DNA of 64,000 nucleotides. It comes from Oscillospiraceae bacterium (GTDB lineage Bacteria; Bacillota; Clostridia; UMGS1840). The notes under the pieces were generated by a model. The model searched no databases, was not told the DNA's origin, and saw only the letters and a list, made by a program, of their open reading frames with translations. The stretch spans positions 61,265 through 125,264 of the forward strand of contig SVKD01000006.1 in assembly GCA_015068645.1 (NCBI GenBank), read 5' to 3'. Positions 18,943 to 28,368 of the stretch are shown here, piece by piece. The translations under genes and the position numbers were made by a program. The stretch's first letter is position 1. The number at the start of each line of letters is the position of its first letter.

Positions 18943-19329
18943 TTAAGAGGGGTTATCAGACCCCAGTTCTTCCACGGTCAGTTGCTTTCCCAAATTGGAA
19001 TATTTGTCCACGTAAAAACGACGGATAAAGCCAAAATTCTGGAACATTCTGGTGCCAAATACCACCACGATTGCCACGTATAAATCCAGTCCGAGTTTTT
19101 CTCCCAGATAGATGATAAAGGCAGCCAGAATTGCATTCCCGAACAGACCTGTTAAAAAGACCATCATAGAGAATTTTTTTCTTAAATTGGCGGAGATGCC
19201 GCCCAACACCGAATCCAGAGCTGCTAAAATGGCAATCGCCATGTAAACTGAATAGTCGGGATTGATGCTGCCCGGAACAAAGAAGGCAATCAAACAACCC
19301 AAAACAAAACCGATCAGAGGTAATAACAT
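18943..19329 (-). CDS. sbp: Small basic protein Sbp (DUF1290)
   Basis: 128 aa, 4 TM helices, in the conserved position after the DUF881 gene in the dcw cluster, as in B. subtilis ylxW-ylxX-sbp. Confidence 0.7.
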   Translation of the reverse strand: MLLPLIGFVLGCLIAFFVPGSINPDYSVYMAIAILAALDSVLGGISANLRKKFSMMVFLTGLFGNAILAAFIIYLGEKLGLDLYVAIVVVFGTRMFQNFGFIRRFYVDKYSNLGKQLTVEELGSDNPS

Positions 19330-19347
19330 AATAAATCCTGCCTTTCT

Positions 19348-20076
19348 TTATTTTTTTGCTGCAGTGGGTGTTGCATATTTGAAGTTGATGGCACCCTTAT
19401 AGGCAGGCACAGTGATTGATTCTGCGGTTTTTACGTCCACTTCGCAGTATGCGGCAATATCTGCCACAACACCGCCTTTAAACAGCAATGCAGATTCCAG
19501 CGTTTTGGCATCACCAATAGCATTGATGATAAACGGAGCGCCGATTCTCACATTGTTGATACTTAAAACAGAGCCCACACAACGAATTTCGGAAATGGAG
19601 GTTAAACGTTCTCCATTGATGGAAATGGCTTCTGCACCGGCATCTTTTAATTCGTTGATTACCAAAAGAATATCAGAATCGTGCAACCAATACAGACTTT
19701 CCGGTTCGCCGGGGAGAGGTGTTTGGGTTCCGTCGTTCATTTTGACTACCACGCCGGGACCTTCTACTTCTTTTAATCCTGCCAACACTTCCGCATTATC
19801 CAGCTGTTCTTTCATCAGCTTGGTAGTGGTGTTGGTATCTTCCACGGAAGACATATATTGATCCAATCGACTCTGTACGGTTTCCAATTCCAGATACAGC
19901 GCTTCATTTTTTTCCTTTTCTTTGCGATACATAGATTGGATTTCACCGGCACGAAGACCGCTGATAGAGCCGGCACCATTATTTTTTTTGACACTGCGGA
20001 GCTGTATGGTGATGGAAAATCCAAGCAGCAGACACACCAAGCCCATTGCGATTTGTGCTTTCCATTTGCTATTCAT
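19348..20076 (-). CDS. DUF881 (YlxW/YlxX-like) division-associated protein
   Basis: N-terminal TM helix, coiled coil, and a C-terminal DUF881-like domain (GPGVVV..., AGAEAISINGERL). Start uncertain (20076 or 20103). Confidence 0.75.
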   Translation of the reverse strand: MNSKWKAQIAMGLVCLLLGFSITIQLRSVKKNNGAGSISGLRAGEIQSMYRKEKEKNEALYLELETVQSRLDQYMSSVEDTNTTTKLMKEQLDNAEVLAGLKEVEGPGVVVKMNDGTQTPLPGEPESLYWLHDSDILLVINELKDAGAEAISINGERLTSISEIRCVGSVLSINNVRIGAPFIINAIGDAKTLESALLFKGGVVADIAAYCEVDVKTAESITVPAYKGAINFKYATPTAAKK

Positions 20077-20854
20077 ATTCTTTAAACACCGCCTTATCTT
20101 CATCGATAAATTCTATGGTTCCGGATTTTTCTTCCGGGATGTTTGCCAACACTTCTTTTAAAAATTTAATTTTGTAGGAACTTCTGCTGCCGGAGCCGAT
20201 GTCTGCTGTAATATTATTCTCAAAATGTACGAAAAAATTGCCTTCTGTGACAGCTAGCTTTTCCAACGGGTCAATCATTTTATTTTGGCTGATTTCCTGT
20301 GAAATTGCAATTGCGGTATCCAGTTCATCTTGGTTTGCGGTATCCACAATTTTTCCCACTTCAAACTGTTCTACTGTAATTCCTTCAATTATGGGAACGT
20401 TGTATTTTTCGGTATCACCGGTAGAGTCCAGAATTTTTCCGGTTTCATCCACTGTCAGAAAAAGAGCTTCTCCGCATACAATTTCTGCAACGGGTTTGCA
20501 TTCCGTAATACCGATGGATACCTTGTTGGGGAAGACTCTGGTAACATTTGCGGATTTTACAAAGGGAAGGGCAGCAATTTTTTTCTCGGTATCAACCGTC
20601 TGAAAGGTAAAAATGTTGGTTCCTACCGACAATCCGGAAGCATCCAATACTTTTTCGGCAGAAAGATTCTTGGTTCCCGTTACGGTGATTTCACGAATAT
20701 GAAAAACAGGCGTTAAAAATCCGATGACAATTACCAGCACGATTAAGATGGCGGTAACCAGCACGGTGGTTTTGAACACCTTGTTTTTCTGATGCTTTTT
20801 TGTTTGGGGTTGTGGTTGGGCAGATGGTGTGCCCAACCCCTTTTCTTCATTCAT
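20069..20854 (-). CDS. ftsQ: Cell division protein FtsQ/DivIB
   Basis: Single TM helix followed by a POTRA-like region (IREITVTGTKNLSAEKV). dcw position. Confidence 0.8.
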   Translation of the reverse strand: MNEEKGLGTPSAQPQPQTKKHQKNKVFKTTVLVTAILIVLVIVIGFLTPVFHIREITVTGTKNLSAEKVLDASGLSVGTNIFTFQTVDTEKKIAALPFVKSANVTRVFPNKVSIGITECKPVAEIVCGEALFLTVDETGKILDSTGDTEKYNVPIIEGITVEQFEVGKIVDTANQDELDTAIAISQEISQNKMIDPLEKLAVTEGNFFVHFENNITADIGSGSRSSYKIKFLKEVLANIPEEKSGTIEFIDEDKAVFKEYE

Positions 20855-20926
20855 AGGAATCCTCGTTTTGATATAGTGTTGTTTCCTCGGTCAAAGAAAG
20901 GAATCTGATATGTTATCATATGGATG

Positions 20927-22216
20927 TCAACCAAATGAGAGCAGCAATTTTTGTTGTTCCAACGATGGCAGAAGCTCTGCATTGGCTCCTAAGGAGCGTA
21001 GCTTGACAATCATATTTTCGTAGCCTCTTTCAATATGGTGCACGTCATTGATTATGGTTTTTCCTTCTGCTGAAAGCGCGGCAATTACCAGTGCAGCTCC
21101 CGCTCTTAAATCCTTTGCACACACGTTGGCGCTGTGCAGTTTGGGAACACCGTGCACACGGGCTGTGTTTCCGGAAAGGGAAATGTTTGCACCCATTTTT
21201 TGGAGTTCTTCCACATGATTGTAGCGGTTTTCAAATATATTTTCCACAATCATACTGGTTCCTGTTGAACGGAGTAGCGCAGCCATCATGATGGCCTGCG
21301 CATCTGTGGGGAATCCCGGATGCGGCATTGTGGAAATTAAGTCCACCGGCTTAGGGTGGGGGGGAGCTGTTATGGTTAAGGTATCATCGGAATGGGGTAT
21401 CACAAATGCGCCCATTTCTTCTAAAATAGCAATGCTCTTTCCTAAATCTGCCACAGGAGCATTGGTTAAGGTGATGGTGCTTCCTGTTGCTGCTGCCAAT
21501 GAAAGGTAGGTTGCGGCTTCAATGCGGTCGGAGCAAATGCGGTATTCACAGTCGGAAAAGTTTTTGGTGGGAGTAATTTGAATGGCGTTGGTACCTGCTC
21601 CCGTAATCTGCGCACCTGCGGTGTTTAAAAAGTTCTGTAAATCTACAATTTCCGGCTCTTTTGCAGGATTTTTAATGGTGACGGGTCCGTCTGCAATCAA
21701 CGATGCAATCATCACATTCTCGGTAGCACCCACGCTGGGAAAGCTGAGCTGATATTCTCCGCCTTTTAAGGAGGGAGCTGTGCAACAGATTCCGGCTTCG
21801 TCTTCTTGAATTTGCACACCCATTTGGGAAAGAACAGACAAATGAATATCAATCGGACGTTTTCCCAATTCGCAACCGCCCGGATAGGAAATTTGGGCAG
21901 AACCGAATCGATTGATAAAGGCCCCTAATAAGATGATGGAAGAACGGAGTTTTCTCATCAGCTGTGATGGGACCTGCGGTTTGGCATCGAATCCTGTATT
22001 TACGGTGATGGTTCCATTCTCCATGATAACATGATACCCCAAATATTTCAAAATGTCAATGGTGCATCGAACATCCGAGATATCGGGGCAGTTATGTAAC
22101 ACAGTTTTCTTTCCTGTAATAATGGTTGCCGCCAAAATGGGCAACACCGCGTTTTTGGAACCGGAAATGGGGACGGTGCCCGAAAGCTTTTTTCCGCCTT
22201 CAATCAGGTATCTCAT
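20927..22216 (-). CDS. murA2: UDP-N-acetylglucosamine 1-carboxyvinyltransferase (MurA paralog 2, MurZ/MurAB-like)
   Basis: 429 aa with active-site loop YPGGCELGKRPID. Confidence 0.9.
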   Translation of the reverse strand: MRYLIEGGKKLSGTVPISGSKNAVLPILAATIITGKKTVLHNCPDISDVRCTIDILKYLGYHVIMENGTITVNTGFDAKPQVPSQLMRKLRSSIILLGAFINRFGSAQISYPGGCELGKRPIDIHLSVLSQMGVQIQEDEAGICCTAPSLKGGEYQLSFPSVGATENVMIASLIADGPVTIKNPAKEPEIVDLQNFLNTAGAQITGAGTNAIQITPTKNFSDCEYRICSDRIEAATYLSLAAATGSTITLTNAPVADLGKSIAILEEMGAFVIPHSDDTLTITAPPHPKPVDLISTMPHPGFPTDAQAIMMAALLRSTGTSMIVENIFENRYNHVEELQKMGANISLSGNTARVHGVPKLHSANVCAKDLRAGAALVIAALSAEGKTIINDVHHIERGYENMIVKLRSLGANAELLPSLEQQKLLLSFG

Positions 22217-22266
22217 AGTTTCACACCTTTCTTACAGTTCCATTATATGAAAGGTGTGTCTGATTG

Positions 22267-23364
22267 TTACGGTTGATTGTGTAATTTCATCACAAGTTCA
22301 CCCACTCGTTTATCACCGTCGGTGATGGCAAGAGGAGTGAGGGCTTCCGACATTTTCTGTAATTTGGCAGAATCACTCACCATGGAGTGCAGTGCCTGAT
22401 ATAAATTTTCTCCGGTGAGAGTTGCTTCCGGAATTTTTAATGCTCCGCCTAAGGTAACCAAAGCATGAGCGTTTTTATCCTGATGATTTGCCGTTACGTT
22501 GGGAGAGGGAATCAGGATGGCGGGTTTTTTCATGGCGCATAGCTCGGAAACCGTCATTGCGCCTGCTCGGGTAATTGCTACATCGCAGGCAGCTAATACG
22601 TTGGGCATATCTTCAATGTATTGGGTAATTCTGATCTGATTGGGATCAAAAGATAATTCTTTTACCTGTTCTAAAAATTTTTCATAATAGCGGCTTCCTG
22701 TTCCGATGAACATGGTGATGCCGGCTTTTTGTGCCTGCGGAATCATTTTTATAAAGGCTTCATTTAATTGCAGGGCACCTAAGCTTCCGCCGAAACACAG
22801 CACTGCAGGAGCATCTTCAGGAAGGTTCAGCTTTTGACGTGCTGTTTTTTTATTCACCTGCATAAATTCCTGACGGATGGGGTTCCCCGTTAATACAGCG
22901 CGATCGGGATGTTTTAGGAAGGGTTGTGCTTCCATAAAAGCCAATGCATAACATTTTGCCCATTTGGAAAGCAGTTTGGTTGTTAACCCAGGAATTGCGT
23001 TTTGTTCGTGTACCAAAAAGGGAATTTTTTTGGATTTTAAAGCGTACATTGCAAGGGCGCTGATATAGCCGCCGGTGGACACGCCCACATCAGGGCGAAA
23101 CTTTTCCACAACCTTTTTGATTTCCTTGTGAGCTTGATAGTCGGTTGCCAGGATTTTAAAATTACGAAGCAAATGTTTGCGGTCTAATCCCTGGGAAGGG
23201 AATCCGTAAAACTGACAACCGGTTTTGGAATAAAGTTTTTTCTCCAATGCTCCGTCGGAGCCGATATATAACACTTCGGCACCCTGGTTTTGAAGGTAGG
23301 TGCCGATTGCAATTGCAGGATTGATATGTCCGGCAGTTCCGCCGCCGGAAATAAGTACTTTCAT
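22267..23364 (-). CDS. murG: Undecaprenyldiphospho-muramoylpentapeptide beta-N-acetylglucosaminyltransferase
   Basis: GGTAGHINPA motif. 365 aa. Confidence 0.95.
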   Translation of the reverse strand: MKVLISGGGTAGHINPAIAIGTYLQNQGAEVLYIGSDGALEKKLYSKTGCQFYGFPSQGLDRKHLLRNFKILATDYQAHKEIKKVVEKFRPDVGVSTGGYISALAMYALKSKKIPFLVHEQNAIPGLTTKLLSKWAKCYALAFMEAQPFLKHPDRAVLTGNPIRQEFMQVNKKTARQKLNLPEDAPAVLCFGGSLGALQLNEAFIKMIPQAQKAGITMFIGTGSRYYEKFLEQVKELSFDPNQIRITQYIEDMPNVLAACDVAITRAGAMTVSELCAMKKPAILIPSPNVTANHQDKNAHALVTLGGALKIPEATLTGENLYQALHSMVSDSAKLQKMSEALTPLAITDGDKRVGELVMKLHNQP

Positions 23365-23399
23365 AAAACGCCTCCCGTTTTGATAAACGTATCAGCCTA

Positions 23400-24545
23400 T
23401 CAGATATGATGCTCTGCTTCTTTTTTTGTTTGGGTAGAAATGTTTAAAATCATACCCATAGAAATCATCTGGAATACAAAGGAAGTTCCCCCTGCAGAAA
23501 AGAAGGGGAGCGGAATACCTGTGGGCGGAACCGAAGAGGTTGCCACACCGATGTTTAAAAGAACTTGCACAATGGTTAAAGAAATTAAACCGAATACCAA
23601 CAGCATAGAATAACGGTCGGGTGCTTTCAGGGCAATCCTGATAGCGCGGTAAAGCAGCAGTGCAAACAACAATAATACTGCCAATGCGCCCAAGAATCCA
23701 AGTTCTTCACAGATGATAGAGAAAATGAAGTCGTTTTGCGGTTCGGGAATATATAAGAATTTTTGACGGCTTCTGCCAAGACCAAGTCCTGAAAAGCCAC
23801 CGCTGCCAATTGCATAAAGAGATTGTACTACCTGCCAACCGTCTCCTGCTTTGTCTTTAAAGGGGTCGGTGAAGGAAATCAGACGTTGCATACGGTAGGG
23901 TTCGATGATGGCGAAAATCACTCCTGCCACGCCGGCAATGATTGCGGCAATGGAAAACAGACGCATGGGAATTCCTGCTGCAATCATCATGCAGCCCAAT
24001 GCTAACACGATAATTAAAATTGCAGAAAAGTGAGGCTGTAAAAGTAACAGAATTGCGGCAATTCCCACAATCAATCCGCAAATAATCAGATGAGGGAGAG
24101 ATTCTTTTGCATCTATGGTTTTGATTTTGGATAAAACCCATGCACAAGTCATAATAATCGTTATTTTTGCAAATTCAGAGGGCTGAATGGTGGAGAAACC
24201 AAAATTCAACCAACGTTTTGCACCGTTTACACGTTGACCGATAAAAAGTACCAGCAATAACAGAATCATCGCTACGATATATATGGGAAATACGTATCGT
24301 TTGATCACTTTATAGTCAATCATGGAGACCAGGATCATTACCACAAAACCGATGACTGCCCAGAAAGCCTGATTTTTGAAAAAGAATAAGCTGTCACCGT
24401 GGATATAGAAGGCGCTGGGAGCCGAAGCGGAGAACACCATAACCAAACCGTATGCAGTCAATGCCACTACGGTTAAAAGAAAAATATGATCGAAATTTCT
24501 CCAGTTCAGCCGGAATTTTGGTTTGAGCTTTTTCATGGTATCCAT
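23400..24545 (-). CDS. ftsW: SEDS-family peptidoglycan glycosyltransferase FtsW/SpoVE
   Basis: About 10 TM helices with QPSEFAK and SAGGTS motifs. Confidence 0.9.
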   Translation of the reverse strand: MDTMKKLKPKFRLNWRNFDHIFLLTVVALTAYGLVMVFSASAPSAFYIHGDSLFFFKNQAFWAVIGFVVMILVSMIDYKVIKRYVFPIYIVAMILLLLVLFIGQRVNGAKRWLNFGFSTIQPSEFAKITIIMTCAWVLSKIKTIDAKESLPHLIICGLIVGIAAILLLLQPHFSAILIIVLALGCMMIAAGIPMRLFSIAAIIAGVAGVIFAIIEPYRMQRLISFTDPFKDKAGDGWQVVQSLYAIGSGGFSGLGLGRSRQKFLYIPEPQNDFIFSIICEELGFLGALAVLLLFALLLYRAIRIALKAPDRYSMLLVFGLISLTIVQVLLNIGVATSSVPPTGIPLPFFSAGGTSFVFQMISMGMILNISTQTKKEAEHHI

Positions 24546-24597
24546 ACGGCTCCGGTTACGCTCTGGGAGCCTTCCTTTCTCCTAAAGATTCTTCCTG

Positions 24598-25560
24598 TTA
24601 CATTTGAGATAAAAATGCAACCACACAACCAATCACGGTGATCACAGAAAACAGGAACACGATTTTGTTTTCGGAATAGCCGGACATTTCAAAATGGTGA
24701 TGAATGGGAGTCATTTTGAAAATACGTTTTCCTTTGGTTAATTTAAAATAAGTTACCTGAAGCATTACGGAAAAGGCTTCGATCAGATAAATGATACCCA
24801 CAATCAACAGAATGAGAGGCATATCGTTTAAAATTGCCAACGCCACAACAGCGCCGCCTAAGAAGAGGGAACCGGTGTCTCCCATAAATACTTTGGCAGG
24901 ATGCAAATTATAAATCAGAAATCCGCAAAGTGCGCCGCAAAGTCCTGCGGAAAACATTGTCATTCCCGTAGAGGCGAAAATCATGGAAATCAAGGCGAAA
25001 AACAGGCTGACAACAGAGGTCACGGTGCCTGCCAGGCCGTCGATTCCGTCGGTTAAGTTTACAGCGTTGATAAATCCAATCATCATAAATACCAGAAGAA
25101 TACTGATGTAATAGGATAAATCTAAATGAATATGTGTAAAGGGGATTCTGAGCGTGGTTTGAATAATGCCGAGTTCCAGGCCGCCTACCACAAATGTAGA
25201 GGAAACCACCAGCATTAAAATCACTTTCCACATTGCGCTGAGACCTAAGTTTCTCTTTTTTACTACTTTAATATAGTCATCCAAGAAACCAATCAGTCCA
25301 CAGGAAAGGGCAAACAAAGCCACAAACAAGCCTTTTAAATCTCGCACAAAAATTGCGCTTACCACAATGGTTGCCAGCATAAAAATGACGCCACCCATAG
25401 TGGGGGTACCTGATTTGGATTTATGCCAGTTAGGACCTTCCTCCAGGATTTGTTGACCAAATTTTAATTTGCGGAGAATTGGGATAAAGATCGGGCCTGA
25501 AATTGCACTTACTACAAACCCAATCACTGCGCAGATAGCTGCTGAAATCGGAATTGGCAT
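24598..25560 (-). CDS. mraY: Phospho-N-acetylmuramoyl-pentapeptide transferase
   Basis: KxGTPTMGG, NAVNLTDGIDGLA and MGDTGS motifs. Confidence 0.95.
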   Translation of the reverse strand: MPIPISAAICAVIGFVVSAISGPIFIPILRKLKFGQQILEEGPNWHKSKSGTPTMGGVIFMLATIVVSAIFVRDLKGLFVALFALSCGLIGFLDDYIKVVKKRNLGLSAMWKVILMLVVSSTFVVGGLELGIIQTTLRIPFTHIHLDLSYYISILLVFMMIGFINAVNLTDGIDGLAGTVTSVVSLFFALISMIFASTGMTMFSAGLCGALCGFLIYNLHPAKVFMGDTGSLFLGGAVVALAILNDMPLILLIVGIIYLIEAFSVMLQVTYFKLTKGKRIFKMTPIHHHFEMSGYSENKIVFLFSVITVIGCVVAFLSQM

Positions 25561-25567
25561 ATTGTAA

Positions 25568-26920
25568 TCACTCCTTTGTTTGCAAATGTTGTTTTACTTG
25601 TTCAAACAGTTCTTCGAATTGATATTTGCGAGATGCTTTGAATAAAACGGCATCTCCGGACAGAAACAGCTCAGGGATGTTTGTAATGAAATCTTCTCTT
25701 TTTGCAAAGAAATAGATTTGTTCGGGATTCATTCCTGCGTTGATTGCACCGTCTTTGATATGAACTGCATCCTCTTCCACACAGATTAAGCAGTCAGTTT
25801 TGGTTTCTTTTACCGCTTCTCCCACCTGATTTAAAATGGGTTTCAGATATTCACCCAATTCGCCGATGGGACCTAATACTGCCACTTTGCGTTTGGCGTC
25901 CTGGTTAGCCAGAACTTTCAGGGCAGCACGGTCAGAATCTAATGAAGCATTATAACAATCGGCAATTAACGTGCAGGAACTGATGGTTTCTGTTTTTTGG
26001 CGCCATCCTACAGACTGAAAGGCAGACAATCCGTTCTGGATCTGTTCAGGAGTCATTCCCAAATGTTTTCCCAACAGTACTGCTGCACTTGCATTCTGGA
26101 TGTTGTGTACCCCTGAAATAGGAATCTGATAGGTGTCTCCATCCATTTTGAAGATACCGTCTTCGGAAATGATTTCGTAGGGGAATTGGGCATTGTTTTT
26201 TCCGAAATACTGAATGGTTTGTTTGCAGGTTACCGAAGATAACAAGTCGTCATCTCCGTTTAACAGGAATAAACCGTCATCCGGCATTCCTTCTAAAATT
26301 TCCAGTTTTGCTTTTAAAATGTTTTCGCGGCTTCCTAAGTATTCAATGTGAGAGGTTCCGATCAAAGAAATAATGGCGATCTGAGGTTTTGCCAGATTGG
26401 AAAGATAAGAGATTTCTCCAAAATGGTTCATTCCCATTTCCAACACAATAAATTCTTCGTCACCTTCCATTTTCAGCACGGTTAAGGGCAGACCGATGTG
26501 ATTATTGAAATTACCGGAAGTGGCAATGGTTTTTCCGTGTTCTGCCACAACAGATGCCACAAACTGACGAGTTGTGGTTTTTCCCACACTGCCTGTGATT
26601 CCAATCACTTTGGCATGGGATTGCTTTAGCACATAGGCTGCCAGATCTCCCAATGCTTTGGTGGTATCTTTCACCAATACAGCAAAGTTGCTGACCTTGG
26701 GAACATCTTCTTTTTGGGTTAAAAATCCAACAGCACCGTTTTTGGCAGCACTTTCTATATAAGCGTGACCGTCATGGGTTTCACCTACCAAAGGGACAAA
26801 CAGTTCGGTAGTCATTTTATCACGGCTGTCGGTGGAAACGTAGCGGAAGGTGGTATCGGCAGAGCCAAAGAGCAGAATGCCGTTTACCGCTTCTAACAAT
26901 TGATGTACTGTTAATTGCAT
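25568..26920 (-). CDS. murF: UDP-N-acetylmuramoyl-tripeptide--D-alanyl-D-alanine ligase
   Basis: Mur ligase P-loop GITGSVGKTTT. 450 aa. Confidence 0.95.
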   Translation of the reverse strand: MQLTVHQLLEAVNGILLFGSADTTFRYVSTDSRDKMTTELFVPLVGETHDGHAYIESAAKNGAVGFLTQKEDVPKVSNFAVLVKDTTKALGDLAAYVLKQSHAKVIGITGSVGKTTTRQFVASVVAEHGKTIATSGNFNNHIGLPLTVLKMEGDEEFIVLEMGMNHFGEISYLSNLAKPQIAIISLIGTSHIEYLGSRENILKAKLEILEGMPDDGLFLLNGDDDLLSSVTCKQTIQYFGKNNAQFPYEIISEDGIFKMDGDTYQIPISGVHNIQNASAAVLLGKHLGMTPEQIQNGLSAFQSVGWRQKTETISSCTLIADCYNASLDSDRAALKVLANQDAKRKVAVLGPIGELGEYLKPILNQVGEAVKETKTDCLICVEEDAVHIKDGAINAGMNPEQIYFFAKREDFITNIPELFLSGDAVLFKASRKYQFEELFEQVKQHLQTKE

Positions 26921-28368
26921 AATGATTTCACAACTTCTCTTTCATCAAATTCGATTTCGTAATCTTTGAATTTCTGCACCATTTCATGACCTTTTCCGAG
27001 CAATAACACAATATCGTCTTTTTGGGCTAATTCCATTGCAAGACGAATGGCTTCTTTTCGGTCTGTGTGAGAATAAACATTGGTTTGGTCAGGAATTCCT
27101 GCCATAATGTCATCAATAATGGCTTGCATATCTTCGCTGCGGGGATTATCGCTGGTTACGACTACCACATCGGAATATTTCTTGGCGATTGCGCCCATCT
27201 GGGGACGTTTCCCTTTATCACGGTCGCCACCGCATCCGAACACGGTAATTACCCTTGCAGGCTTGAATTCATTCACAGATGTTAAAATATTTTCCATACC
27301 GTCGGGGGTGTGAGCGAAATCAATCATCACCTGATAGGGCTTATCGATTTCTACCAGTTCGCATCTGCCTTTTACGGTTTTGGATTTTTTCATTGCCATT
27401 CGCACAAAACCGTCGGGAACGGAAAGTGCGCCCGACATTGCGCAAACAGCTAGGGAATTATACACGGAGAATCCACCTGGAATGGGGAGCTTCACAGTGT
27501 AGGGATCTTTTTCGTGAATTACGGTATAAGTAACACCGTCGGCACGGTATTCAATATCTTTTGCACAAAAATCACATCCGTCGTCTAAGCCATAGGTAAC
27601 TACTTTGCCGGTTGCCTGTGCTTTCATGGTTTCGGAATAAGGACTATCCTGATTGATGACAGCGATATCACACTGGCGGAAGAATGCAGCTTTTGCGTCT
27701 GCATAGTTTTCCATGGTGATGTGATAATCTAAGTGGTCTTGTGTTAAATTGGTGAATACACCGATTTCAAAGTGGATTGCTGCAACTCTGCCCAGACTAA
27801 CCGAATGGGAGGAAACTTCCATTACCGCAAAATCACAATTTTCATCTGCCATTTTTTTCAAATGAGAAAACAGTTCGGGTGCTTCGGGGGTGGTTGCATT
27901 GGCAGGGTAAGAGGTTTTGTCAATCACAATTTCATTGGTACCGATTAATCCCACTTTGTAGCCGCAAACTTCCAGCATATTCTTTACAAGATTGGTTACA
28001 GTGGTTTTTCCGTTGGTTCCGGTTACCCCGATCATACGCAGTTTCTTTTGCGGATTTTGGTAAAAGGCTGCGGCAAGGCAGGAAAGGGCAGCGTTAGTAT
28101 TTTCTACCACGATATTTACCGCATTTTTAGTATCTGCGGGATATTCGGATACAATGACTGACGCTCCTTTTGCTACAGCATCTTCGATGTATTCATGCCG
28201 GTCGGAACGAATGCCTTTGATACACACGAAAACGCTTCCTTTGCCTACGGTTCTGGTATCAAAGGAAATATCGGTGATTTCGGTGTTCAATGCATCTTCA
28301 TTGATTAGGTTTTTATATGCCATATCGGCGTTTTGAAGCAATTCTTGTAATTTCATAGTATTTCTCAT
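26911..28368 (-). CDS. murE: UDP-N-acetylmuramoyl-L-alanyl-D-glutamate--2,6-diaminopimelate ligase
   Basis: P-loop GVTGTNGKTT. DNPR motif (TSDNPRSED), which indicates meso-DAP specificity. Confidence 0.95.
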   Translation of the reverse strand: MRNTMKLQELLQNADMAYKNLINEDALNTEITDISFDTRTVGKGSVFVCIKGIRSDRHEYIEDAVAKGASVIVSEYPADTKNAVNIVVENTNAALSCLAAAFYQNPQKKLRMIGVTGTNGKTTVTNLVKNMLEVCGYKVGLIGTNEIVIDKTSYPANATTPEAPELFSHLKKMADENCDFAVMEVSSHSVSLGRVAAIHFEIGVFTNLTQDHLDYHITMENYADAKAAFFRQCDIAVINQDSPYSETMKAQATGKVVTYGLDDGCDFCAKDIEYRADGVTYTVIHEKDPYTVKLPIPGGFSVYNSLAVCAMSGALSVPDGFVRMAMKKSKTVKGRCELVEIDKPYQVMIDFAHTPDGMENILTSVNEFKPARVITVFGCGGDRDKGKRPQMGAIAKKYSDVVVVTSDNPRSEDMQAIIDDIMAGIPDQTNVYSHTDRKEAIRLAMELAQKDDIVLLLGKGHEMVQKFKDYEIEFDEREVVKSLCN